A stretch of 63,880 bases of DNA, counting the filler, from Lama guanicoe (lineage: Eukaryota): assembly GCA_013239625.1 (NCBI GenBank). It is 191 parts of 191 records of this genome, joined end to end, with 100 filler letters (N's around TTAATTAATTAA, not from the genome) between each part and the next. Parts side by side here need not be neighbours in the genome. Positions count along the whole stretch, not along the records: positions 12,730 to 12,964 come from PNXV01045023.1; positions 13,065 to 13,299 come from PNXV01045024.1; positions 13,400 to 13,634 come from PNXV01045025.1; positions 13,735 to 13,969 come from PNXV01045026.1; positions 14,070 to 14,304 come from PNXV01045027.1; positions 14,405 to 14,639 come from PNXV01045028.1; positions 14,740 to 14,974 come from PNXV01045029.1; positions 15,075 to 15,309 come from PNXV01045030.1; 183 more parts are not named here. One strand, written 5' to 3'. This document shows, piece after piece, positions 12,837 to 25,459 of the stretch. A program made the position numbers and the translations under genes. The stretch's first letter is position 1. Each line of letters opens with the position of its first letter. The notes beneath the pieces were generated by a model that had not been told where the DNA came from, searched no databases, and saw nothing but the letters and a program-made list of their open reading frames with translations.

Positions 12837-12947
12837 CTTGTACAGGATGGCTGTGATGAGAGCTAGCAGCAGCAGTCCTCCCACAGTGCTGCCCACAATA
12901 ATGGGACCAGGGTTGTGGACCTCATACTTCTCCAGCACCAGCTCCGT
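12837..12947 (-). CDS. ITGAX: Leukocyte beta-2 integrin alpha chain (CD11c/ITGAX-like), transmembrane exon
   Basis: 111-bp phase 0-0 exon, ctccAG|ACG...AAG|GTgagt, encoding TELVLEKYEVHNPGPIIVGSTVGGLLLLALITAILYK. It resembles human ITGAX VLEKYKVHNPTPLIVGSSIGGLLLLALITAVLYK, just before GFFKR. ITGAD or ITGAM paralogy is not excluded. Confidence 0.85.
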
Positions 12948-13399
12948 CTGGAGTGGAGGTGACCNNNNNNNNNNNNNNNNNNNNNNNNNNNNNNNNNNNN
13001 NNNNNNNNTTAATTAATTAANNNNNNNNNNNNNNNNNNNNNNNNNNNNNNNNNNNNNNNNNNNNCTCAAACTTGAGATCAAGAGCCACAGGGTCAGGGAT
13101 TCCACAAACATACTTGTTTGGACACCTGCAGTATGTTAGTAAAGTAGGCATGTGAAAATTCTAACCCAATTAGAAGTTTTTCTTGACATTATGCTAGGTA
13201 GAGGTAGCATGTTTGCAATGAGACCAATCTCAAGACCCCCTTCCAAATATTAAGAAGTCAACTTACAAACACACAGTTTTCAGGAGGCTCCTGTCAGTTN
13301 NNNNNNNNNNNNNNNNNNNNNNNNNNNNNNNNNNNNNNNNNNNTTAATTAATTAANNNNNNNNNNNNNNNNNNNNNNNNNNNNNNNNNNNNNNNNNNNN

Positions 13400-13634
13400 G
13401 GTCAACTGATCTTTGGCAAAGGAGCAAAGGCAATGCAGTGATGCAAAGAGTCTTTCCAAAAAACGGTGGTGGAACACCTAGACATCCACCTGCCTAAATA
13501 AATAAATAAATAAAAGAATGTAGACATAGACTTTATACACTTCACCAAACTTAATTCAAAGTAGATCATAGACCTCAATGTAAAAAGCTATAAAACTCCT
13601 AGAAGATAACATTGGAGAAAACCTAGATGACCTT
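13400..13634 (+). mobile_element. LINE-1 ORF2 fragment
   Basis: QLIFGKGAKA...KRWWN...KLNSK.IIDLNV...IKLLEDNIGENL. Confidence 0.85.
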
Positions 13635-16600
13635 NNNNNNNNNNNNNNNNNNNNNNNNNNNNNNNNNNNNNNNNNNNNTTAATTAATTAANNNNNNNNNN
13701 NNNNNNNNNNNNNNNNNNNNNNNNNNNNNNNNNNGCTTCAGAGAAGATGAGGCTGTTCCACCGTGTGCTCCACAGAGCTCACCTCGGCACCTACCCTGAT
13801 CCTTCTGAGCTCACAGTCATGGTGCGCCTCGGAGCTGTGTTAGGCTCAGTGTGTATCCCAAGACTGGAGTACAAGGACTGGGTCAGTGTGCATCTGTCTG
13901 CTGAGAACTTCAGTGCCTCCGGCATGTGACGCTTGGGGTAGCTGCATCCAGGCTACATGGAAGGGAGACNNNNNNNNNNNNNNNNNNNNNNNNNNNNNNN
14001 NNNNNNNNNNNNNTTAATTAATTAANNNNNNNNNNNNNNNNNNNNNNNNNNNNNNNNNNNNNNNNNNNNTGTGTTGCATTCCATATTTACTCCTTTTATG
14101 ATTCCTTCTTCACTCCTGTATTTCAAGTTTCCTTCTGGTGTCACTTCCCTTCTGCCTGAAGAACTGCTTTTGGGAATTTTTATGAGCAGCTCTACTGGCA
14201 ACAAAATTTCTTAGTTTTCATTCATCTGAGAATGTCTTGACTTCATCTTTATTCTGGAAGGACAGCTTTGCTAAATGCAGAAGTCTGGAGTAATATATTT
14301 TTTTNNNNNNNNNNNNNNNNNNNNNNNNNNNNNNNNNNNNNNNNNNNNTTAATTAATTAANNNNNNNNNNNNNNNNNNNNNNNNNNNNNNNNNNNNNNNN
14401 NNNNCCAAGTTCTACCCTGGGGGTAAAGATGGTGGGTATACATACGTGTCTCAGAGCCTCACTCTGGGAAAGATGCTCCGGCACAGCCATGCGCTGTGCT
14501 CACCTTCCTGGGGGAGGGGTCGTCTCTTCCATCCGCGTCCTAAGGAGACCTGTGCCCGCCAACCAAAGAGCTTAAGGACCACTGCTGGCATCGTCAACAA
14601 TGGCTCAGGAGCAGCTTTGGACAAAAATGTCTGGGTGTGNNNNNNNNNNNNNNNNNNNNNNNNNNNNNNNNNNNNNNNNNNNNTTAATTAATTAANNNNN
14701 NNNNNNNNNNNNNNNNNNNNNNNNNNNNNNNNNNNNNNNATTGCAAGAACTACATTTTCTCCATTGAAATACCTGTGAACATTTGTCAAAAAATGGTCTT
14801 TTAGGCTTTCTATTCTGTTCTATTGATCTGTGACTATCTTTTTAACAAAGTCATAATGTCTTAATAATTGTGTCTTGAAATCATGTAAGTCCTCCACTTT
14901 TATCTTTTCCAGGATTGTATTTGACTATTCTAGTTACTTCTTCGCCTTCCCACATAAATTTTAGAAGCAGCTTTNNNNNNNNNNNNNNNNNNNNNNNNNN
15001 NNNNNNNNNNNNNNNNNNTTAATTAATTAANNNNNNNNNNNNNNNNNNNNNNNNNNNNNNNNNNNNNNNNNNNNTACTATTTTCATCTCACGTGGTTTAC
15101 TATGACAGTTGCCTAATTAGTCTCCTCTCCTTGTCTTACTTCTCATGAAAACAACCAGATTGACTTGAATATCTCAGTATGTACCTATGTCTGTCGCTGT
15201 CTAATGTCATTCTGTTGGATGAGGCTTCTGTTTCACTCAGGAAGAACCAGAGCCTCACGATGGTCTCTAGGGCCCTATGAAGTTTCTGCCTCTTCCCCCT
15301 GTCCCCCCANNNNNNNNNNNNNNNNNNNNNNNNNNNNNNNNNNNNNNNNNNNNTTAATTAATTAANNNNNNNNNNNNNNNNNNNNNNNNNNNNNNNNNNN
15401 NNNNNNNNNTTACGTAGATTAAGAGAAGAGAAATGCAGAGTGTCATTCAAATGCCATGCCATTTTGCCGTCACTGGCAGGTAAATTTAAGCATAAATATA
15501 ATGCAAACAGAACAACAGAGCATTCTTAAATCCTAACTGGGGACTGCCCACAAGGTCCCCCGCCTGCGGCTTGCCTTTATGCTACAGAGGGACTTGAAGA
15601 GGAACGAGAGATGTTAAAGACACAGCAACCCCAAACCAAGACTTNNNNNNNNNNNNNNNNNNNNNNNNNNNNNNNNNNNNNNNNNNNNTTAATTAATTAA
15701 NNNNNNNNNNNNNNNNNNNNNNNNNNNNNNNNNNNNNNNNNNNNTTGTAGTGCCACGGGAATGTCCCAATGAAACCATTTCTTCCCAGAGCTTGTCTGTC
15801 TACAGAAACACCAGTGGAAACATACCAGTGGATGTTATACATCAGGGTCTTCTGGAATGATCCTGCAGACTGACCTTGGTGTGTTTGGTGCTGTACCATG
15901 CCAGTGCCAACCAAAATTTATCATCTGCTTTTGGGAGATAGTGCTGAAGGAAATGCTTCATCTTCTCATGCTGTGGACTNNNNNNNNNNNNNNNNNNNNN
16001 NNNNNNNNNNNNNNNNNNNNNNNTTAATTAATTAANNNNNNNNNNNNNNNNNNNNNNNNNNNNNNNNNNNNNNNNNNNNAGGATGGGGCCAAGGGGAAGC
16101 AAAGGCCTCTTCCCTCTGCTGTTTCTTTTCCACCTCCCTCACCTCACTCTAGGCGAGATCACCCATAGGGTATGTTTGAAAATCTAAATTAATGAACCAC
16201 ATTTTAAAATTATATTACTCCCCACCCCTTCCCTTCTTTTTCCTTTGTTCCAAAACCGCATATCTTAGGCCCAAGAGCCTTGCTGCCAGGCCCATCCTCT
16301 TTGGGAGAAGTATGNNNNNNNNNNNNNNNNNNNNNNNNNNNNNNNNNNNNNNNNNNNNTTAATTAATTAANNNNNNNNNNNNNNNNNNNNNNNNNNNNNN
16401 NNNNNNNNNNNNNNAAAAAAATTTTAATTTAATACAAAAACAATTATGAAAACTAAATGACTAATGCCAATATATTAAAAAGCTGTGTGTTACTTGTATC
16501 AAAAGAAAATCAAAATATTACAGTTAGCCTTGTTTAGGGACATGTGAAATATTAGTATACTAGAGTTCTTTTTGTTTGTTTCTCTAAAGATTATCAGATG

Positions 16601-17138
16601 TCAATCATTCCAGAGGTTAAGTAGTCATTTAATGTTTTCAGTTTACTGCNNNNNNNNNNNNNNNNNNNNNNNNNNNNNNNNNNNNNNNNNNNNTTAATTA
16701 ATTAANNNNNNNNNNNNNNNNNNNNNNNNNNNNNNNNNNNNNNNNNNNNTGTTCTTCTCCCATTACAATGTGAGCTCTCTGGAAGCAGGGGATGACTTGT
16801 ATTTGTCTCTTTATTACCAGCTACCATCCCAGTATTAGAGCACACACAAACCTTGTATACATTCTGGAATAAAAAGCACTTAATATTAAGTAATGGACGG
16901 AATGTTTAAAATGACCCCATCATTCCTTTCATCTTGAGATGAGGAAATGCTCTAAAAGGTAGTATAATTTTCCAAGAGCATAAANNNNNNNNNNNNNNNN
17001 NNNNNNNNNNNNNNNNNNNNNNNNNNNNTTAATTAATTAANNNNNNNNNNNNNNNNNNNNNNNNNNNNNNNNNNNNNNNNNNNNAAAAAAAAACAAAAAC
17101 TCAGCATTGCCCTGGTGATAGAAATAAGAATTTGAAAT

Positions 17139-17300
17139 CAGTGCTGTCTGCTAGAACCTTCTGGCAGGATGGGAAGTTCCACACCTGCAGCTGTTGAGTA
17201 CTTGGAACTAAGGACTGAGGCACTAAATTTTAAATTTTATTTAATTTTAACTATTTTAAATTTAAATGGCACAAGTGGTTAGTTGCGACTTTCTGGACAC
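17139..17300. mobile_element. MER3-like hAT MITE
   Basis: CAGTGCTGTC.. start, central ACTAAATTTTAAATTTTATTTAATTTTAA..TTTAAATTTAAAT, and ..TGGACA end. Confidence 0.65.
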
Positions 17301-18134
17301 CTTCAGCATGAAGGTGGGANNNNNNNNNNNNNNNNNNNNNNNNNNNNNNNNNNNNNNNNNNNNTTAATTAATTAANNNNNNNNNNNNNNNNNNNNNNNNN
17401 NNNNNNNNNNNNNNNNNNNCAAGATTATTTATTGTTTAGGGTTATATAATCTAAGATTGATATCCCAAGCCTGTTAAATCAATTAGCCCTTGACCAAATA
17501 AATAAGCTCAGGGCATTATATTACTGTAAACAGCAGAGAAAAGAAAACAATTATATTGTAGGCTCAACCAATTTTTAATTTAATAAATTAAGTAGTAATA
17601 AATATGTGACAATTTATTTGCTTGTATTTGGGCTTAACTGCAAATACCCAGATANNNNNNNNNNNNNNNNNNNNNNNNNNNNNNNNNNNNNNNNNNNNTT
17701 AATTAATTAANNNNNNNNNNNNNNNNNNNNNNNNNNNNNNNNNNNNNNNNNNNNTGTCTATTCTTTACCCCTTCAGCTAATAGTAGGTCTAGCCAAGATG
17801 TTTCGTATTTGTCAGTTCTAGTTGTTAAGTGATAACTTGTTTTTGTACCTGTATCTCTTTGATTGCTAGTAGTTCTTAGTCAAATATATTCCTTTGTGAA
17901 CATTGCTGCTCAAATTTCTTTGTCTATTTTTAGAATGGCCCTTTGTCTTTTTGTCTTTCCCTATAACTTGAAAGAGTTATTTGATATAANNNNNNNNNNN
18001 NNNNNNNNNNNNNNNNNNNNNNNNNNNNNNNNNTTAATTAATTAANNNNNNNNNNNNNNNNNNNNNNNNNNNNNNNNNNNNNNNNNNNNATTCGGCCTGT
18101 GACTCTTAGTTTGGGATCTCTGGGTGTATTACTT

Positions 18135-18324
18135 TCACCTGGCCAAAGCCAGCTGTCAGCAGGACTGGTTCCTTCTGGAGACTCTGAGAGGAGGGTCTGT
18201 TTCCTCGCCTCTTCCAGCTTCCAGTGGCCACCGGTCTTCCTTGGCTTGTGGACCCTTGCTCCAGCTCCAAAGCGTATCACTCCAATTCTGCCTCTGTCAT
18301 CATGTGGCCCTCTCTGCTGCCTCT
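18135..18324 (-). mobile_element. MaLR (MLT1) LTR fragment
   Basis: GTCAGCAGGACTGGTTCCTTCTGGAGACTCTGAGAGGAG...CCTCTTCCAGCTTCCAGTGGC...CCTTGGCTTGTGG...TCACTCCAATTCTGCCTCTGTC. Confidence 0.85.
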
Positions 18325-18424
18325 NNNNNNNNNNNNNNNNNNNNNNNNNNNNNNNNNNNNNNNNNNNNTTAATTAATTAANNNNNNNNNNNNNNNNNNNN
18401 NNNNNNNNNNNNNNNNNNNNNNNN

Positions 18425-18994
18425 ACACGTGAAAAAGGAACACACGGGGAAGGAAGTCATCAGGAACTCTTCCAGTGTCACCAGGGAGGAAAACTTCCAG
18501 CAAATGGCTTTTCTCGTGTAAGAGTCTCTCCCACGTCTGGCCCCACCGCGCACTGTGCACAGAATCAGAGGCGCAGAGGCAGCCATGATCAGACTCATCA
18601 CTTCCCCGCACTGTCTAGGACCAGGGATGCTTCTTATGGGCTCTTCTTGTACTGATTCANNNNNNNNNNNNNNNNNNNNNNNNNNNNNNNNNNNNNNNNN
18701 NNNTTAATTAATTAANNNNNNNNNNNNNNNNNNNNNNNNNNNNNNNNNNNNNNNNNNNNACACGTGAAAAAGGAACACACGGGGAAGGAAGTCATCAGGA
18801 ACTCTTCCGGTATCGCCAGGGAGGAAAACTTCCAGCAAATGGCTTTTCTCATGTAAGAGTCTCTCCCACGTCTGGCCCCAGCGCGCACTGTGCGCAGAAT
18901 CAGAGGCGCAGAGGCAGCCACGATCAGAGTCATCACTTCCCCGCGCTGTCTAGGACCAGGGATGCTTCTTATGGGCTCTTCTTGTACTGATTCA
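18425..18994 (+). repeat. Near-identical contig pair 18425-18659 / 18760-18994
   Basis: 9 substitutions in 235 bp. Confidence 0.97.
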
Positions 18995-19442
18995 NNNNNN
19001 NNNNNNNNNNNNNNNNNNNNNNNNNNNNNNNNNNNNNNTTAATTAATTAANNNNNNNNNNNNNNNNNNNNNNNNNNNNNNNNNNNNNNNNNNNNTCACTC
19101 CAAGCTTAGCAGTTGCCACCCACTTCTCAGATTAAATAGCTTCAGAGCCCCATGACCCACGAGTGCATTGACCAACTAACTCAGCTAATTAGTCCTGGGT
19201 CGTTCATCTTCTTAAACTACAGAAGTCTTCCAGGTGGCCACCCTGGCCAATGGAGTTTTATATGGGCTCTCTGTAGGTGGCAAGCAAAGACATCCATTAG
19301 GAGGCTGAACCCCACCCCCGACCAAGTGANNNNNNNNNNNNNNNNNNNNNNNNNNNNNNNNNNNNNNNNNNNNTTAATTAATTAANNNNNNNNNNNNNNN
19401 NNNNNNNNNNNNNNNNNNNNNNNNNNNNNACACACACACACA

Positions 19443-19664
19443 ATTAAATACTACTCAGCCATAAAAAAGAATAAAAGAATGCAATTTGCAGCAATATGGA
19501 TGGACCTGGAGATCATCATTCAAAGTGAAATAAACCAGAAAGAGAAAGAAAAAAATGCCATGTGATACTGCTTTTATGTGGAATCTAAAAAAAAAAAGAA
19601 AAAAGGACAGAAATGAACTTATCTACAAAACAGAAACAGACTCACAGATGTAGAGAACAAACTT
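19443..19664 (+). mobile_element. LINE-1 ORF2 C-terminus and 3' UTR
   Basis: YYSAIKKNKRMQFAAIWMDLEIIIQSEINQKEK, then ATGAACTTATCTACAAAACAGAAACAGACTCACAGA. Confidence 0.92.
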
Positions 19665-19764
19665 NNNNNNNNNNNNNNNNNNNNNNNNNNNNNNNNNNNN
19701 NNNNNNNNTTAATTAATTAANNNNNNNNNNNNNNNNNNNNNNNNNNNNNNNNNNNNNNNNNNNN

Positions 19765-19999
19765 TTGTTCCTAATTAGTCAACTTTCACTATACCTCATT
19801 TGCATGTGATGTTGCAAAGTGTAAACTGACAGCCTATAAAACCTGTGTAAACCTACAGCCAGGTCCAGAGCTTGGACTGTTAACTTTTCTGGGCCCTGTG
19901 GCATAATAAACTTGAGTTCTCCAACTTTCCGAGTGCTGTTTGGTCTCACGTGTAGATCCAGGTTGCTGTCACAACTGAGCTGTAGCACTGAGCTATAAC
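19765..19999 (+). mobile_element. ERV LTR U3-R-U5 segment
   Basis: ATTTGCAT 19798-19805, TATAAAA 19835-19841 and AATAAA 19905-19910 in LTR order and spacing. Confidence 0.65.
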
Positions 20000-20596
20000 N
20001 NNNNNNNNNNNNNNNNNNNNNNNNNNNNNNNNNNNNNNNNNNNTTAATTAATTAANNNNNNNNNNNNNNNNNNNNNNNNNNNNNNNNNNNNNNNNNNNNA
20101 TTGACCAGTTGTGCTCTTGCCTCCCTGCTGTACTCATGGTGGAGCTGTTGAGTAAATCCTGCCTTGAACGTGTCCAAGAAAATAGTGACACCATTGACAT
20201 CATAATTAATGAGACAGTCATGTTCCATATCATTGTTTTGCCTACTGTAAAATATGATGATTTCATTCTAGCAGTGGATAAAAGCAGTTCCTTCAGGTCC
20301 AGAATACAAGGTTTCAGATCCCAATTTGACCTTTNNNNNNNNNNNNNNNNNNNNNNNNNNNNNNNNNNNNNNNNNNNNTTAATTAATTAANNNNNNNNNN
20401 NNNNNNNNNNNNNNNNNNNNNNNNNNNNNNNNNNGATTATCTTGTTGCTTCTCTCCTTTATGTATTCTATATTATATCTCTCAGTATCGTATCATAAAAT
20501 TGCACTTCCCTTCCACTTTGGTAAAGATAAATATTTTCCCATATATTTCAGTCCGCTAAGGCTTGTCTATCTAATCTCTCTTTCTACCATATCTCC

Positions 20597-20631
20597 ATCA
20601 ATCATTCAATCAATCAATCAATCTATCTGTC

Positions 20632-20662
<31 letters not shown>

Positions 20663-20669
20663 CTATCTA
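20597..20669. repeat. Compound microsatellite (ATCA)n to (ATCT)n
   Basis: Directly visible; runs into the contig end. Confidence 0.95.
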
Positions 20670-22444
20670 NNNNNNNNNNNNNNNNNNNNNNNNNNNNNNN
20701 NNNNNNNNNNNNNTTAATTAATTAANNNNNNNNNNNNNNNNNNNNNNNNNNNNNNNNNNNNNNNNNNNNAAAAAAAAAAAAAGAACTTAATTGTCTATAA
20801 GCTCAGCGTGAACAAAAAATTGTGATTGGGTGCTGAAACAAGGTGACAAACATGGATTTTACTGTTAGGCTACAATGGTAGGAGGACAGTATTTGGATCA
20901 AAGAAGACCATAGTCCCATCTTCCCATCATTCACCACCATTGTGAACTTATGGACTATTCTGTTTGGGTGGAGAAGCCTCGTCTTACACTTAAAAGATGT
21001 CAAANNNNNNNNNNNNNNNNNNNNNNNNNNNNNNNNNNNNNNNNNNNNTTAATTAATTAANNNNNNNNNNNNNNNNNNNNNNNNNNNNNNNNNNNNNNNN
21101 NNNNCTCAGCAGTAAACTGCATCACTGTTCCCAATCTGTCACCCTCTCAAACCCGGCCCTTTGCCGAGCGATTCTGAAGTTCCTCCCCCAGAGGTTCGGA
21201 GCGGGTTTCTCCACACTCGACTTAGGGTTTGTCCATGTCACTTTCTCTGGCCGCAGAATGAAGCAGCAGGGACAGGGTGCGAGCTCTGGTCCCAGACCCT
21301 GAGACGCCTTGTGTGATGTTTCGTGCTCTTTGAGACTTTNNNNNNNNNNNNNNNNNNNNNNNNNNNNNNNNNNNNNNNNNNNNTTAATTAATTAANNNNN
21401 NNNNNNNNNNNNNNNNNNNNNNNNNNNNNNNNNNNNNNNTCATCTTTAGGTCTCAGGTTAAAAGGCCAAATAGTCAAACAACCTACATCTGAAAAGATTT
21501 CCTGACCACTCGGATCTGAAGTCTGAGCCATGCATTTCCATGGCAACCTCTCTTGTCTTCATCAGTGTTTATTATAGTATACATTTTCCTCTTTCCTTTT
21601 CCTGCCATTCTCCAGAAGTTTAAATTACATGTGGGCAGGGCCTGTCTCTGTCTTGTTTATTTTCGCATTTTTTANNNNNNNNNNNNNNNNNNNNNNNNNN
21701 NNNNNNNNNNNNNNNNNNTTAATTAATTAANNNNNNNNNNNNNNNNNNNNNNNNNNNNNNNNNNNNNNNNNNNNTTATTTTCATTCATCATTATTATAAA
21801 TATAATATCCTTGGAAGGGCTTTACAGCCTGAAAGAAGAAAGACATCAAGAAGAATTCAGGAAAGTTTAGTTTGAAATGATTAGAGACCACAAATTGGGG
21901 AACACGACACGTAGATTTTATTATACACAATGTATTCGATGCTTTCCTTTCAACACGATACACGCATGCATTTAACAAACACTGATTGTCAGTTCTGTGC
22001 CAGGTGATGNNNNNNNNNNNNNNNNNNNNNNNNNNNNNNNNNNNNNNNNNNNNTTAATTAATTAANNNNNNNNNNNNNNNNNNNNNNNNNNNNNNNNNNN
22101 NNNNNNNNNGAGAAGTATGTTGGTGTTATTTTGCATTTGGTTGATAAGGAAGCATTAGCACCTTGTGTGATTTCTCTTCAGTTCTGCATTGATGTTCACA
22201 GGGTTAAACAGAATTACTAAAATGGTACATTGGAATTTTGATAACTTCAGCAGCCTGATGGCCACTACATGCAAATAGGGAGTTCACCGGCCCTGGAACT
22301 ATGCTTGGGAGGTTTTGCAGCCAAAAGCATTATTAGGCTCTTGCNNNNNNNNNNNNNNNNNNNNNNNNNNNNNNNNNNNNNNNNNNNNTTAATTAATTAA
22401 NNNNNNNNNNNNNNNNNNNNNNNNNNNNNNNNNNNNNNNNNNNN

Positions 22445-22679
22445 CAGAAACGGCAGGGCAGACGCGGGGTTTAGGGACTAGTAACGTGAAGGGATGGGGG
22501 GTCACCACGAACCACCGCGGCGGCTCGCACGCGCACCAGGGTCCAAACTGTCCCGCGAGGTCCGAGCCTCAGCCACGCACCCCTACCTCTGCGCCTTTCC
22601 AAGGGCGCAGCCCAGGCCCCACCCGCCGGTTCCCCGACCTGCGCTCCCACACCAGCACCCCCTTACCTGCCCGACCGTG
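22445..22679 (-). promoter_or_regulatory. CpG-island fragment with probable exon-1 splice donor
   Basis: High CpG density. Minus-strand GCAG|GTAAGG at 22670-22661. Confidence 0.55.
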
Positions 22680-22806
22680 NNNNNNNNNNNNNNNNNNNNN
22701 NNNNNNNNNNNNNNNNNNNNNNNTTAATTAATTAANNNNNNNNNNNNNNNNNNNNNNNNNNNNNNNNNNNNNNNNNNNNATGTGAGTCAGCTTCTGTACA
22801 GACTAA

Positions 22807-23014
22807 ATGGAACCAAGGAACAATGTAATTTACTTTGTCCTCCTGGGCCTCACACAGAATCCAAAGGAGCAGAAAATCCTTTTTGTTATGTTCTTGCTCT
22901 TCTACATTTTGACCATGGTGAGAAACCTGCTCATTGTCGTGACCATAACTGTCAGTAAGACCCTCAACTCACCAATGTACTTTTTTCTTGCCAGCTTATC
23001 TTTTATAGATCTAA
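22807..23014 (+). CDS. Olfactory receptor family 4 (OR4A47-like), N-terminal 69 codons, possibly pseudogene
   Basis: [46 protein letters not shown]...[16 protein letters not shown] carries the FxLLGL, TM1 and PMYFFL motifs. An in-frame TAA lies directly before the ATG. Confidence 0.92.
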
Positions 23015-23114
23015 NNNNNNNNNNNNNNNNNNNNNNNNNNNNNNNNNNNNNNNNNNNNTTAATTAATTAANNNNNNNNNNNNNNNNNNNNNNNNNNNNNN
23101 NNNNNNNNNNNNNN

Positions 23115-23349
23115 ATTTAGGTTGCTTCCATGTCTTGGCTGTTGTATATAGTGATGCTGTGAATACTGGGGTGCAGGTATCTTTTGCATTGGAGCTCCCT
23201 CTCAGTATATACCCAGAAGAGGGATTGCTGGATCATAGGGTAAGTTAATTTTTACAGTTTTTTGAGGCATTTGCATACTGTTTTCCGGAATGGGTACACC
23301 AAAGTACGTTCCCACCAGCAGTGTAAGAGGGTCCCGTTTTCTCGACACC
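23115..23349 (-). mobile_element. LINE-1 ORF2 C-terminal fragment
   Basis: TTTAGGTTGCTTCCATGTCTTGGCT...GGGATTGCTGGATCATAGGGTA...TTCCCACCAGCAGTGTAAGAGGGT. Confidence 0.9.
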
Positions 23350-24454
23350 NNNNNNNNNNNNNNNNNNNNNNNNNNNNNNNNNNNNNNNNNNNNTTAATTA
23401 ATTAANNNNNNNNNNNNNNNNNNNNNNNNNNNNNNNNNNNNNNNNNNNNTTTTAAAGATGATGTTCTGATACCTTTTCTTACGTTGGTCCCAACAAGAAA
23501 TTCACTGTCACTCTTAGCTCTGTTCTTTTGTTCATAACATCCCTTCCACTCCCTCTTGCTAGCTATTTTTAAGATTTTTCTCTCAGTTAATGGTTTTGAG
23601 CAATTAAATTATGGCATGACTCATTAGTCTCCTTCCGCTTTGAGGTCTTGGAGGTCACTGAAATTCTCGGATTGTGGGATTTTGNNNNNNNNNNNNNNNN
23701 NNNNNNNNNNNNNNNNNNNNNNNNNNNNTTAATTAATTAANNNNNNNNNNNNNNNNNNNNNNNNNNNNNNNNNNNNNNNNNNNNTATCCTTAATCACTTC
23801 AGTACATAAAATAGCCGTTCATCATAACAGTTACGTTCTCAACGTGAGAAGACATATAACAACAACAACAAAAAGATGAAACAAATAATTAAAAGTGGAA
23901 GAGAAAGGCAGAAGAATGGGCTGGAGAGATTCAGAGTGTGGGAAGGACTTGACCTGCCGTCAGTGGCTTTAAAGGTGGGGAAGACCACCAGCCAGGAAAC
24001 ATGAATAGCCTCAGGGAGCNNNNNNNNNNNNNNNNNNNNNNNNNNNNNNNNNNNNNNNNNNNNTTAATTAATTAANNNNNNNNNNNNNNNNNNNNNNNNN
24101 NNNNNNNNNNNNNNNNNNNGAAGATTAATACCCTCCATGTGCCTCCTCTCCCATCTCTGCTCTACTTACGGTAAAGAAGCTAGTGGGAAATGAATGGTCA
24201 GCAGAAAGGAGCAAAACAATCTAATGTTCTGAAAGTGGGGCAGTCTAGCTGAGGAGATAAGACGCGAATTAACCCCTGAGAAGGTAACTAAAACACCAGG
24301 CTTCGTGAAGCAGTGCAGGCATTCAATGTTTGGGAATAAATTTCAGTTAAAAAANNNNNNNNNNNNNNNNNNNNNNNNNNNNNNNNNNNNNNNNNNNNTT
24401 AATTAATTAANNNNNNNNNNNNNNNNNNNNNNNNNNNNNNNNNNNNNNNNNNNN

Positions 24455-24631
24455 GGTTAAGTCCTTTCTGCTATCGTGCAGTCATAGCCTGGCGGGTTCT
24501 AACTGGTCTCTTGCGGGCACTCATTTAGAGAAAGTAAAGCCCCTTTATGCTGGAGGCAGACATAACATCACCTGCCTGACCATCCTCCCCACCTTATCTG
24601 CCTGGTGCCCCACTTACCTGACTACCTAACA
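24455..24631 (-). mobile_element. ERV LTR 5' end
   Basis: Reverse complement starts TGTTAGGTAGTCAGG, an LTR-type TG start recalled from laurasiatherian ERV1 LTRs. Confidence 0.5.
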
Positions 24632-25125
24632 ACAGGACTTACAAAACTAGAGGATGAACGCATATCAGCATTTCAGAGGCTCCACAATGNNNNNNNNNNN
24701 NNNNNNNNNNNNNNNNNNNNNNNNNNNNNNNNNTTAATTAATTAANNNNNNNNNNNNNNNNNNNNNNNNNNNNNNNNNNNNNNNNNNNNTGGTTATCAAT
24801 CTGCTGTTGATGTCTTGTCTGTTTCCAGTATGATTAGGAAACATACTTTATATATACCCTCAATCCTTGTTGCATTTGGTAAGGTTTGTTTTATGACCCA
24901 GCAGATGTTTTATCTTGGTGAATGCTCTGTGTGCACTAGACAGCAACACGTCTTCTGGTACAGTTGGATGGAGCTGGAGAAATGTCAGTTAGATCTGGTA
25001 CAGTTGGATGGAGATGGAGAAATGNNNNNNNNNNNNNNNNNNNNNNNNNNNNNNNNNNNNNNNNNNNNTTAATTAATTAANNNNNNNNNNNNNNNNNNNN
25101 NNNNNNNNNNNNNNNNNNNNNNNNA

Positions 25126-25359
<234 letters not shown>

Positions 25360-25459
25360 NNNNNNNNNNNNNNNNNNNNNNNNNNNNNNNNNNNNNNNNN
25401 NNNTTAATTAATTAANNNNNNNNNNNNNNNNNNNNNNNNNNNNNNNNNNNNNNNNNNNN

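Noticed and set aside
12748..13020. 90-aa plus-strand ORF
   Set aside because: It is the antisense shadow of the integrin exon.
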